64,000 nucleotides of DNA, taken from the NCBI GenBank assembly GCA_937924525.1, contig CALDSU010000002.1, positions 311,069-375,068 of the forward strand, in the 5' to 3' direction. The DNA is from an uncultured Bryobacteraceae bacterium (GTDB lineage: Bacteria; Acidobacteriota; Terriglobia; Bryobacterales; Bryobacteraceae). Below, piece by piece: positions 10,430-18,898 of this stretch (within the stretch, counting starts at the first letter, position 1; the number at the start of each line of letters is the position of its first letter). A program made the position numbers and the translations under genes. The notes below the pieces were generated by a model. It saw only the letters and a program-made list of their open reading frames with translations, had not been told where the DNA came from and ran no database searches.

Positions 10430-10738
10430 TCAATACTTCAGAGAATTGATTTCGTCGATATTCAGGGTGGCCCGGTTACGGAACACGGTCAGGATGATGG
10501 CCAGACCCACCGCCGCTTCCGCCGCCGCCACCACCATGACGAAAAACGTAAACAAGTGCCCGTCCACCTGTTTGAATTGATACGAAAACGCTACAAAACT
10601 CAGGTTCACCGCGTTGAGCATCAATTCGATAGACATAAACACGGTGATAATGCTACGGCGAAACAGAAAGCCCGCCACGCCCAGCGCGAACAGAATCGCG
10701 CTCAAAATCAGGTACCACGAGAGCGGCACGCCTTGCAT
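10430..10738 (-). CDS. nuoK: NADH-quinone oxidoreductase subunit K
   Basis: 102 aa and 3 TM helices from the internal ATG 10738 ([20 protein letters not shown]...). The 119-aa ORF extension would run into nuoJ. A 4-nt gap follows the nuoJ stop. Confidence 0.85.
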   Translation of the reverse strand: MQGVPLSWYLILSAILFALGVAGFLFRRSIITVFMSIELMLNAVNLSFVAFSYQFKQVDGHLFTFFVMVVAAAEAAVGLAIILTVFRNRATLNIDEINSLKY

Positions 10739-10742
10739 ATGC

Positions 10743-11243
10743 TTAGTCCATCTCCTTGCGGGCCAGGACAATCGCGCCCACAATCGCAATCAGGATCAAC
10801 ACCGTCACCACCTCGAAGGGCAACAGGTATTGCGTAAAAAGCGAGCGTCCCAGTTCTTCGGCGCCGGCGGAGGTGAATTCGCCAAAACGCACCCGCGGCG
10901 CGTTGGGGAATAACCGCAGGATGCCGAACGCCAGCACCACTAGCAGCGCAAAGAAGCCGGGAATGCCCAGAAATTGCGCCACCAGGGATTTGGATTGCTT
11001 GGATTCCTCGCCCGCGTTGAGCAGCATGATGACGAAGATGAACAGGACCATGATGGCGCCGGCGTACACGATCACCTGCGCCATGGCGATGAACTCTCCG
11101 CCAAGCAGCAGGTAGAGGACCGCCAACGCGCCCATCACCCCCACCAGCGACAGGGCGCTGGAGATCGGGTGCGTCTGCACCACCACATTCACCGCGCAGA
11201 TCACGGCGATGGCGGCAAACAGGAAGAACAAGAAAACATCCAT
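10743..11243 (-). CDS. nuoJ: NADH-quinone oxidoreductase subunit J
   Basis: 166-aa hydrophobic protein ([18 protein letters not shown]...). It starts only 16 nt after the nuoH stop. Confidence 0.85.
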   Translation of the reverse strand: MDVFLFFLFAAIAVICAVNVVVQTHPISSALSLVGVMGALAVLYLLLGGEFIAMAQVIVYAGAIMVLFIFVIMLLNAGEESKQSKSLVAQFLGIPGFFALLVVLAFGILRLFPNAPRVRFGEFTSAGAEELGRSLFTQYLLPFEVVTVLILIAIVGAIVLARKEMD

Positions 11244-11259
11244 CGCTTCAGACCACCTC

Positions 11260-12447
11260 TTACGTCAGCGCCACCAATAGGCTGGTCAGCAGCAGGTTGG
11301 CCATCGCCACCGGGAACAGGAACTTCCAGGCAAAGCCCATCAACTGGTCGAACCGGAAACGGGGCAGGGTTCCCCGAACCCAGATAAAGAGGAACAGAAT
11401 CAAACCGGTCTTCGCGCAGAACCAGAAGACCGGCAGCAGCGCGTCTTTCCACGCCGGAAAGGCGAAGACTCCGCCGATCCCGGCGAAGACCAGACCCGCT
11501 ACCGGGAGCGTATATCGGTCCAGCCTCCGGGCCGGATTCAGCCCGTGATAAAAGCAAATGGCGGCGCCGCCCAGAAAAATCAGCGGCGCAATGAAGTCCG
11601 AACCCCACTCCCGCGGCAGCGGCGGGTGCCAGCCGCCGAGGAAGAGAATTGTCACCAGGGAAGCGGCGGTCACCATGTTGGCGTATTCGGCCATGAAGAA
11701 CGCCGCAAACTTCATGCTGCTGTATTCGGTGTGAAAGCCCGCCACCAGTTCGGTCTCCGCCTCCGGCAAGTCGAACGGGATGCGGTTGGTTTCGGCGAAC
11801 ACGGCAATCAGGAAGACTACGAAGGCGATGATCTGAGGGAACGGGCCCTGGAAGATCGTCCAGTTCGGCAGGAAACCGAAAAGGAAGCCCTCCTGCGCTC
11901 GCACGATTTCGCGGAGACTCAGCGTATTCACCAGCAGCAGCGGCGACGCCACGGCGAGCGTGAACGGGAGTTCGTAGCTGATCATCTGGGCGGAGGACCG
12001 CAGCCCGCCCAACAACGAATACTTGTTGTTGGACGCCCACCCGGCGAGGGCGATGCCGTACACCCCCATCGAAGACGCCGCCAAGATGAACAGGACCCCC
12101 ACGTTGATGTCCGTGAGTTGCAGCCACGTGCGATAGCCTGCGATTTCCACTTCATCGCCAAACGGGATCACCGAGATGGCCAGCAGGGCGAACGTAACGG
12201 CCACAAACGGCGCCAACAGGTAATACAGCTTATTCACGTGGGGGGGCACCACCCCCTCCTTGGTGATCAGCTTGAGGACGTCCGCCAAAGGTTGCAGCAG
12301 CCCGTGCGGTCCCACGCGGGAGGGACCCATGCGGAGCTGAATATGGGCGATGACCTTACGCTCGACCCATTGCAGATAAGCCAGCGTGGTCATGAAGACC
12401 GCCATGACCACGCCCAGCTTGATGAGGGTGATAATGATGAATTCCAT
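11260..12447 (-). CDS. nuoH: NADH-quinone oxidoreductase subunit H
   Basis: 395 aa. Signatures WVERKVIAHIQLRMGPSRVGPHGLLQPLAD and TLPRFRFDQLM. The ATG shares TAATG with the nuoG stop (12445-12449). Confidence 0.9.
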   Translation of the reverse strand: MEFIIITLIKLGVVMAVFMTTLAYLQWVERKVIAHIQLRMGPSRVGPHGLLQPLADVLKLITKEGVVPPHVNKLYYLLAPFVAVTFALLAISVIPFGDEVEIAGYRTWLQLTDINVGVLFILAASSMGVYGIALAGWASNNKYSLLGGLRSSAQMISYELPFTLAVASPLLLVNTLSLREIVRAQEGFLFGFLPNWTIFQGPFPQIIAFVVFLIAVFAETNRIPFDLPEAETELVAGFHTEYSSMKFAAFFMAEYANMVTAASLVTILFLGGWHPPLPREWGSDFIAPLIFLGGAAICFYHGLNPARRLDRYTLPVAGLVFAGIGGVFAFPAWKDALLPVFWFCAKTGLILFLFIWVRGTLPRFRFDQLMGFAWKFLFPVAMANLLLTSLLVALT

Positions 12448-14525
12448 TACGGCTGCCGGCGACCTTCCAGAACGGAGTGAAGCACGTTCGAATAGCGGCC
12501 CAGGGTTCCCGAGGAGAACAGGCCGTTCCGCGCGGACCGGATCAACTCCGGCCGCGCCGGCGCCTCCACCCGGCCGTTCACCGGACTGGTCTGCGCCGCG
12601 CCTCCCGTCAAAATGACCGGTAACGGAACATTGTAACCGGGAACGGTGGCGCGAATCTCCGCAAAGACCTTGTCCGCCGACCAGGGGCCGAGCTGGGCCG
12701 CCTCGCCCATTTCGCGCGCCAGCAAACCAATGATCTCCAGATCCGGCTTGGTGCCCATCGCCTGCACGGCCCTCTTCAGGCGTTGCACCTCGCCGGTGAC
12801 ATTGGTCACGGTGCCGTTTTTTTCATAGGCTGAACAGGCGGGGAACACCACGTCGGCAGCCTGCGCCGTCTCGGTGAGAAACAGATCCTGCACCACCACA
12901 AACGCGCCGCGGGCGGCGAGCGAGGCGCCTGCCAGCGGGTTGGCGCCCACCACCCACAGCACGTCCAGATCTTCGGCGGCCAGCATTTCCGCGATCGTCA
13001 GCCCCGGCATCCCGCTCGCGCGATACCCGGGCAGCAACTCCGGCGTCAAACCCATGTCCATTGCGCCGCGCGAATTCGCGTAATCGACCAGGCAAACGTA
13101 CTTCACCGGTTTGCCGAGCGACGCGCCGAATTCGACCAACTTGCGGACCTTCTCACCCTTGATCGTGTCGCCGAACACGAAGATCAGTTCGGGTTCGTCC
13201 ACCAGTTGCGGGCGCAGCGCCTGGAGGGTTTCCAGTTCCTGACCCGGTGCGCAGCGCGCCGCGTTCACCGAGTACTTGTCTTCCCGGACCGGCTCCGTGG
13301 TCACCACGTAAACGTGGGCCGCATGGTGCCGCCAGTTCGCGCGAATCTGCCAGGAGAGCAGAGGATGTTCCAGGGCCAGATCGGCGCTGATCACCACGAC
13401 CGCCTTGGCCTGGTACAAGTCCGCCGTCGTGGCCAGCGCCGTCTGCTGTCCGTGCAGCGCGTCGAGCAGGCTGACGATGTCGCCGGAACGGCGGTGGTCC
13501 AGGTTGTTGGTGCCCAGCACCTGCCGGGCGAATTTTTGGAGGTAGAAGTTCTCTTCGTTGGTCGTGCGATTGGAGCCGATGACGCCGAAATTTCCGCCCC
13601 GGGCTTTCACGTCGCTGAACTTCCGCGCGACCGCCGCCAGCGCCTGCGACCACGACACCGGTTCTAGCTTGCCGTTCACTTTCATCAGCGGCGCCTGCAA
13701 CCGGTCCGGGTGGTCGTAGAAGTCGAACGCGTAGCGTCCCTTGATACACAGGAACTCGCCGTTGATGCCGGACGAGTCGCGGTTGTTGCCGCGGATAATC
13801 TGGTTGTTGCGCACGCCCAGCGTGGTCCGGCAGCCGTTCGAACAATGCGTGCAGATGGTGCCGACGTGCTCCATCTCCCAGGGGCGCGTCTTGTAGCGGT
13901 AGGCGCCGGAAGTCAGCGCGCCCACCGGGCAAATGTCGATGCACATGCCGCACTCGTCGCACTCGAGGTGATCGCCGTGGTTGGGCGCGATCTCCGCAAC
14001 CACGCCGCGGTTGACCACGCCGAGCGCGCCCACGCCCATCCCTTCGTCGCACACCCGCACGCAGCGGTAGCACAGGATGCAGCGGGGCGCGTCGAAGTAG
14101 ACCACCGGCGACCATTGCTTCTCGTCGACGTGGTGCTTGATCTCCGTAAAACGGCTCTCCCCGGCCCCGTACCGGAACACCATGTCCTGCAATTCGCACT
14201 CGCCGCCCTTGTCGCAGACCGGGCAGTCCAGGGGGTGATTGGTCAGCAGGAATTCGAGCGTGCCTTTGCGGGCTTGCGCCACCTGCGGCGTGTCGGTCCG
14301 CACCACCATGCCTTCGGCCACGGGCAGGGTGCAGGCGGTCTGGAGCTTGGGCATGCGCTCCACCTCCACCATGCACATCCGGCAGGCGCCTTGCAGGCTG
14401 AGTCCTTCGTAATAGCAGAAAGCGGGGATTTCGATGCCCGCCCGCTTCGCCGCGTCGATCACCAGAGTTCCGGGGGCCGCCTCGAGCTCCCGGCCGTCAA
14501 TCGTAAATTTCACCAGGTTCGCCAT
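12447..14525 (-). CDS. nuoG: NADH-quinone oxidoreductase subunit G (75-kDa Fe-S subunit)
   Basis: 692 aa. N-terminal 2Fe-2S fold (CYYEGLSLQGACRMCMVEV), then HPLDCPVCDKGGEC, CILCYRCVRVC and CDECGMCIDICP cluster motifs, followed by a molybdopterin-oxidoreductase-like C-terminal part. Confidence 0.9.
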   Translation of the reverse strand: MANLVKFTIDGRELEAAPGTLVIDAAKRAGIEIPAFCYYEGLSLQGACRMCMVEVERMPKLQTACTLPVAEGMVVRTDTPQVAQARKGTLEFLLTNHPLDCPVCDKGGECELQDMVFRYGAGESRFTEIKHHVDEKQWSPVVYFDAPRCILCYRCVRVCDEGMGVGALGVVNRGVVAEIAPNHGDHLECDECGMCIDICPVGALTSGAYRYKTRPWEMEHVGTICTHCSNGCRTTLGVRNNQIIRGNNRDSSGINGEFLCIKGRYAFDFYDHPDRLQAPLMKVNGKLEPVSWSQALAAVARKFSDVKARGGNFGVIGSNRTTNEENFYLQKFARQVLGTNNLDHRRSGDIVSLLDALHGQQTALATTADLYQAKAVVVISADLALEHPLLSWQIRANWRHHAAHVYVVTTEPVREDKYSVNAARCAPGQELETLQALRPQLVDEPELIFVFGDTIKGEKVRKLVEFGASLGKPVKYVCLVDYANSRGAMDMGLTPELLPGYRASGMPGLTIAEMLAAEDLDVLWVVGANPLAGASLAARGAFVVVQDLFLTETAQAADVVFPACSAYEKNGTVTNVTGEVQRLKRAVQAMGTKPDLEIIGLLAREMGEAAQLGPWSADKVFAEIRATVPGYNVPLPVILTGGAAQTSPVNGRVEAPARPELIRSARNGLFSSGTLGRYSNVLHSVLEGRRQP

Positions 14526-14570
14526 GGTCGTGGAATGGAAGCGTCTGCTGCGTTGTGGTTCTTGCCGGAC

Positions 14571-15935
14571 CTAGCGCCCCACTCCCAGCGGCGGGGGATC
14601 GTTCAGCACCGGGAACGGGCCGGGAGCCGGCACGGGGGCGGAAACTGCGTTCAACTTTCGTTCGAACTCGTCGTAAAACTTCTCCACGATGGAAATGGTG
14701 GGCAGCGCCGCGGCGTCGCCCAGCGCGCAGAACGTCCGGCCAAGCATGTTCTTCGCCAGCTCCCCGATCATGGCGATCTCATGACGCCGGCCGAGACCCT
14801 CGTCGAAACGTTGAAGCATCTTGCGCAGCCAGGTGGTGCCTTCGCGGCAGGGGATGCACCACCCACAGCTTTCGTGCTGGTAGAACCGCATGATGCGCAG
14901 GGCGACCTTGACCATGTCCGTCGATTCGTCCATCACCACCACGCCGCCCGAGCCCAGCATCGTGCCGCGCTTGGCCATCGCGTCGTAGTCCATGGTCAGC
15001 CCCTCGCATTCCTTCGCGGTCAGCACCGGGCAGGACGAGCCGCCCGGAATGAAGGCCTTCAGCTTGCGCCCTCCGGGAATGCCGCCGCCTACGTCATGGA
15101 TCAACTGGTCCACCGGGAAACCCAGCGGCAGCTCGTAAACTCCCGGCTTGTTCAGATGGCCCGTCAGACACGTCAGCTTGGTGCCGCCGGCTTTTTCCAC
15201 GCCGAGATCGGCGTACGCCTTCCCACCCATCTCGACAATGTAGGGAATACTGCAAAACGTCTCGACGTTGCTCAGCATGGTGGGGCACTGGAACGCGCCC
15301 ACCTGGGCGGGGAAGGGCGGCTTGATCCGCGGCACGCCTCGCTTGCCTTCCAGCGATTCGAGCAGCGCCGATTCCTCGCCACACTCGTACGCCCCCGCTC
15401 CGCTGTGCGTGTAGGCGTCGAAATCCATGCCCGTCCCCAGGATGTTCCGGCCGAGGTAACCGTGACGATAGGCTTCTTCAATGGCCCGGTCCAGAATGTG
15501 GATCAGGTAGCGGTATTCGCCGCGGATGTAGATATACCCTTTTTTCGCGTCGATCGCCCGGGCGGCAATCAACATGCCCTCCAGCAGGGAGTGCGGATCG
15601 TACTCCATCAGGAGACGGTCTTTGCAGGTGCCCGGCTCGCTTTCGTCGGCGTTCACGACGATGTACTTGGGTTTGGGGGAATTCCGTGGCACGAAGCCCA
15701 TTTTCAGGCCCGTGGGAAAACCCGCGCCCCCGCGGCCGCGCAAGTTGGAGGTTTTCACCTCGGCGATGATCTCGTCGGCAGTCATCTCCAGCGCCTTGCG
15801 GAACGACCGGTAGCCGCCGTGCGCCAGGAAGGTGTCGATGGACGCGGAATTGGGCAGCCGGAAGCGCTTGGAGAGCATGATCACTTCCCGGGGGTGCGGC
15901 GGGTTGCTGAACAGCGGCGGATGGCTCGCAAACAT
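14571..15935 (-). CDS. nuoF: NADH-quinone oxidoreductase subunit F
   Basis: 454 aa. GRGGAGFPTG FMN/NADH site and ESCGWCIPCREG 4Fe-4S motif. The ATG lies 2 nt after the nuoE stop. An alternative internal start at MLSKRF is possible. Confidence 0.9.
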   Translation of the reverse strand: MFASHPPLFSNPPHPREVIMLSKRFRLPNSASIDTFLAHGGYRSFRKALEMTADEIIAEVKTSNLRGRGGAGFPTGLKMGFVPRNSPKPKYIVVNADESEPGTCKDRLLMEYDPHSLLEGMLIAARAIDAKKGYIYIRGEYRYLIHILDRAIEEAYRHGYLGRNILGTGMDFDAYTHSGAGAYECGEESALLESLEGKRGVPRIKPPFPAQVGAFQCPTMLSNVETFCSIPYIVEMGGKAYADLGVEKAGGTKLTCLTGHLNKPGVYELPLGFPVDQLIHDVGGGIPGGRKLKAFIPGGSSCPVLTAKECEGLTMDYDAMAKRGTMLGSGGVVVMDESTDMVKVALRIMRFYQHESCGWCIPCREGTTWLRKMLQRFDEGLGRRHEIAMIGELAKNMLGRTFCALGDAAALPTISIVEKFYDEFERKLNAVSAPVPAPGPFPVLNDPPPLGVGR

Positions 15936-15937
15936 AC

Positions 15938-16438
15938 CTATTTCGCTTTCTCCACGTAATCGCCCTTCCGGCAGGCGGCCAGAATCTCATCGAGCCGTTC
16001 GGGGGTCACGAGGTGTTCAAAATCGTAGTTCACCTGAAGCGCCGGCGCCCAGGAGCAGGCGCCGATGCACTCGACCTCCTCCAGCGAAACCATGCCGTCG
16101 GCGCTCACCTGCTTGTGGCCCAGCCCGGTCTGCTCGCAGGCGCGCTTCCACAATTCCTCGCCGCCGTTCAACAGGCAACTGATGTTGGTGCAGATCTGCA
16201 CGTGGTATTTGCCCAGCGGCTTCTTGCGCAGCATGGAGTAGTACGTCACGCACTCCTCCACTTGCACGGGCTGCACCCCGCAGCGTTTGGCCACTTCCTG
16301 CACCAGTTCCGGAGTGATCGAACCCACCTCGTCCTGCGCGAAGATCAACATGGGAACCACCGCCGAGCGTTGCCGACCGGGCGGATAGCTGGCGAGCATC
16401 TTCGCGAACCTCGCCTCCAATTGTGGAGAAAACGTCAT
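15938..16438 (-). CDS. nuoE: NADH-quinone oxidoreductase subunit E
   Basis: 166 aa. Thioredoxin-like 2Fe-2S subunit motifs CTNISCLLNG and CIGACSWAP. Confidence 0.9.
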   Translation of the reverse strand: MTFSPQLEARFAKMLASYPPGRQRSAVVPMLIFAQDEVGSITPELVQEVAKRCGVQPVQVEECVTYYSMLRKKPLGKYHVQICTNISCLLNGGEELWKRACEQTGLGHKQVSADGMVSLEEVECIGACSWAPALQVNYDFEHLVTPERLDEILAACRKGDYVEKAK

Positions 16439-16468
16439 CGCTCCATCCTGGCTCCGCGACCCCGGGCG

Positions 16469-17689
16469 CTACCGGTCCGTGTCGCCGAGCACGAAATCCA
16501 TACTACCCAGGCAGGCAATTACGTCGGACACCAGGCCGCCCTGAATCATGGAGGGCAGCGCTTGCAGGTTGCCGAAACTCGGACCCCGCACGTGCACGCG
16601 GTAGGGTTTCGCCGTGCCGTCGCTCACTAGGTAATAGCCCAATTCGCCGCGGGGAGATTCGATGGCCTGGTACACCTCTCCCTCCGGGACCCGGAAGCCT
16701 TCCGTCACGATCTTGAAGTGGTAGATCAGAGCTTCCATCTGGGTCTTCATCTTTTCGCGCTCCGGCAGCACCACCTTCGGCGCATCGGCCGTGAAGGGAC
16801 CATCCGGCATGCCTTCGAGCGCCTGCCGGGCAATCTTCACGCTCTCCCGCATTTCCTCGATGCGGACCTGGTACCGGGCGTACACATCGTTCTCGGTGCG
16901 CGTCGGAACCCGGAAATCGAACAGGTCATACCCGGAGTACGGCTCCGCCTTGCGGATGTCATAATCTACCCCGGCGGCGCGCAGCATCGGGCCGGTGATG
17001 CCCAGATCCAGCATGTCTTCCACGGGCAGAATGCCGATGCCCTGCGTCCGAATCTTCCAGATGCGGTTGTTCGTCAGCAGGTCCTCGTATTCGTCGATCT
17101 TGCCGGGCAGTTCGTCCAGCAGCTTGGCGACCCGCCGGCGCCAGCCGCGCGGATGATCCAGCGCCAGGCCGCCAATGCGGAAGTAGCTCGTCATCATACG
17201 CTGGCCGGAGAACATCTCGTAAATGCGCAGCAGTTCCTCGCGCTCGCGGAAGCAGTAGAGGAACACACTCATGGCGCCGAGATCGATGGCATGGGTGCCC
17301 AGCCAGACCAGGTGGCTGGAGATGCGCGTCAGCTCCGTCAGCATCACCCGGGTGTAAACCGCCTTCGGGGGCACTTCAATGCCCAGCAGTTTTTCCACCG
17401 CCAGCGCGTAGCAGAGGTTGTTGGAAAGGTTCGCCAAGTAGTCGATCCGGTCGGTCAGCGTGACGCCTTGCTGATAGGTCTTGGCTTCGAACTCCTTCTC
17501 AATGCCGGTGTGCAAGTAGCCGATATCGGGCTTGGCGGAGAGCACCCGCTCGCCGTCCAGTTCCAGCACCAGGCGCAGAACCCCGTGCGTCGAGGGATGC
17601 TGCGGGCCCATGTTGAGGGTCATGGTGCGGCGCCCGGCGGTGGCCGCGTCCGGGCCGCCGGGCAGAGTCAAGGTGTCCTGGCTGCTCAT
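16469..17689 (-). CDS. nuoD: NADH-quinone oxidoreductase subunit D
   Basis: 406 aa. LNMGPQHPSTHGVLRL near the N-terminus and the C-terminal ...MDFVLGDTDR typical of NuoD/49-kDa subunits. Confidence 0.9.
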   Translation of the reverse strand: MSSQDTLTLPGGPDAATAGRRTMTLNMGPQHPSTHGVLRLVLELDGERVLSAKPDIGYLHTGIEKEFEAKTYQQGVTLTDRIDYLANLSNNLCYALAVEKLLGIEVPPKAVYTRVMLTELTRISSHLVWLGTHAIDLGAMSVFLYCFREREELLRIYEMFSGQRMMTSYFRIGGLALDHPRGWRRRVAKLLDELPGKIDEYEDLLTNNRIWKIRTQGIGILPVEDMLDLGITGPMLRAAGVDYDIRKAEPYSGYDLFDFRVPTRTENDVYARYQVRIEEMRESVKIARQALEGMPDGPFTADAPKVVLPEREKMKTQMEALIYHFKIVTEGFRVPEGEVYQAIESPRGELGYYLVSDGTAKPYRVHVRGPSFGNLQALPSMIQGGLVSDVIACLGSMDFVLGDTDR

Positions 17690-17696
17690 GATTTGC

Positions 17697-18128
17697 CTAC
17701 TTGTACCCTTCCACCGGATAGTCCTTACGTAAGGGATGACCAGACCAGTCGTCGGGCATCATGATGCGCCGCAAATCCGGGTGGTTCGCAAAGCGCACGC
17801 CAAACAGGTCGAACACCTCCCGCTCATACCAGTTGGCGCCGCGCCAGACGCCCGTAACCGAATCGAGCTCCGCATCTTCGTTTACGCGGGTCTTGATCCG
17901 GATCCGTTGGCGGTTCCGGACCGAATGCAGATGATAGACCACCTCGAAACGCGGGGAAGACGGGAACCGGTCCACCGCGGTGATCGTGCTCACCCTTTCG
18001 AAACCAAGGTCGTGCTTGAGAACCCGGCAAGCCTCCACCAGGTTGCGGGGCGCAACCTCCACGGTCAACTCGCCAAAGCGCGTCTGGCTGGCCAGAGCGA
18101 ATGGCTGCAACAGTTCTGGGATGTCCAT
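17697..18128 (-). CDS. nuoC: NADH-quinone oxidoreductase subunit C
   Basis: 143 aa from ATG 18128 (MDIPELLQPF...) with an EREVFDLFGVRFANHPDLRRI motif. The 190-aa ORF extension overlaps nuoA and looks non-coding. The start shares TAATG with the nuoA stop. Confidence 0.8.
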   Translation of the reverse strand: MDIPELLQPFALASQTRFGELTVEVAPRNLVEACRVLKHDLGFERVSTITAVDRFPSSPRFEVVYHLHSVRNRQRIRIKTRVNEDAELDSVTGVWRGANWYEREVFDLFGVRFANHPDLRRIMMPDDWSGHPLRKDYPVEGYK

Positions 18129-18517
18129 TAGCGTTCGTTTGCCGGCTTCTGCGACCAGTCCAGCGCTCCCTTCTTCCAGATGTAGAAGTAGCCCGCGAGA
18201 ATCAGAACAATGAAGATCAGCATCTCGACGAACGCAAACAGCTTGAGTTCGCGGTAGATGACCGCCCACGGGTACAGGAAGATCGCTTCAATGTCGAAGA
18301 GGATGAACAGCATGCCCACCAGGTAGAACCGCACGCTAAACCGTTCCCGGGCGGAGCCGGTGGGGGTAATGCCGCATTCGTAGGGTAAGTCTTTGACCTC
18401 GTTTCGGACGCGCTTGCCAATCAGGTAGGACAGCAATACCAGCGCCGCGGCCAGCACCACCGCCACTCCCGCCTGCAGAAGGATGGGAAAGTATAGCTCA
18501 GTATAGGACTCGGGCAT
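18128..18517 (-). CDS. nuoA: NADH-quinone oxidoreductase subunit A
   Basis: 129 aa, 3 TM helices, PYECGITP motif. First gene of the operon. Confidence 0.85.
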   Translation of the reverse strand: MPESYTELYFPILLQAGVAVVLAAALVLLSYLIGKRVRNEVKDLPYECGITPTGSARERFSVRFYLVGMLFILFDIEAIFLYPWAVIYRELKLFAFVEMLIFIVLILAGYFYIWKKGALDWSQKPANER

Positions 18518-18531
18518 GGATTGCGCCAGAA

Positions 18532-18559
18532 TTGAAGGAAGCTTAAATTTGAATATAAT
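18532..18559 (+). promoter_or_regulatory. candidate promoter of thiS; its -10 overlaps the nuo -10 on the other strand
   Basis: TTGAAG (18532-18537), a 16-nt spacer, then TATAAT (18554-18559). Confidence 0.3.
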
Positions 18560-18581
18560 GGCTCGCGAATCGGAGTGTCAA
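18552..18581 (-). promoter_or_regulatory. candidate sigma-70-type promoter of the nuo operon
   Basis: Minus strand reads TTGACA (18581-18576), an 18-nt spacer, then TATATT (18557-18552), about 35 nt upstream of the nuoA ATG. It lies in the only AT-rich patch of the intergenic region. Confidence 0.4.
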
Positions 18582-18596
18582 CCAAGCGCTGGAAGC

Positions 18597-18797
18597 GTGT
18601 CGATCGCCGTGAATGGCGAAACACGCAACGTCCCGGCGGGTTCCAGCCTGCTCGACCTGGTGGAGTCGCTGGGACTGGACCCGGAGCGGGTGGCGGTGGA
18701 AGTCGACCGGCATCTTGTCCGCCGCCCGGACTGGCCGCGGCGGATCCTTTCGGAAAACGCACAAGTGGAGATTGTGCAGTTTGTTGGAGGAGGATAA
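18597..18797 (+). CDS. thiS: sulfur carrier protein ThiS (ubiquitin-like, C-terminal GG)
   Basis: VSIAVNGETRNVPAGSSLLDLVESLGLDPERVAVEVDRHLVRRPDWPRRILSENAQVEIVQFVGGG. GTG 18597 gives the canonical 66 aa. The alternative ATG 18558 (79 aa) sits inside the putative -10 box. Confidence 0.7.
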   Translation: MSIAVNGETRNVPAGSSLLDLVESLGLDPERVAVEVDRHLVRRPDWPRRILSENAQVEIVQFVGGG

Positions 18798-18832
18798 TGC
18801 AAGTACTGGTTTGACCCGATGCAGATTAGGCC

Positions 18833-18860
18833 TTGACTCGGTCGGCGGCTCGGGTACAAT
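18833..18860 (+). promoter_or_regulatory. candidate sigma-70-type promoter of the MerR-family gene
   Basis: TTGACT (18833-18838), a 16-nt spacer, then TACAAT (18855-18860). This is about 39 nt upstream of ATG 18899, which is preceded by the purine-rich GAAAGCGGGG. Confidence 0.45.
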
Positions 18861-18898
18861 CCAGAGTTGTCGGCAGTCCGAAACGAAAGCGGGGCAAA

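Noticed and set aside
17697-18269. Possibility that the 190-aa ORF (or any other frame) hides a NuoB between nuoA and nuoC
   Set aside because: The 47-codon extension overlaps the nuoA 3' end out of frame and is Arg/Cys/His-rich nonsense, without the NuoB cysteine motifs. NuoC homology begins at ATG 18128, which is coupled to the nuoA stop (TAATG).
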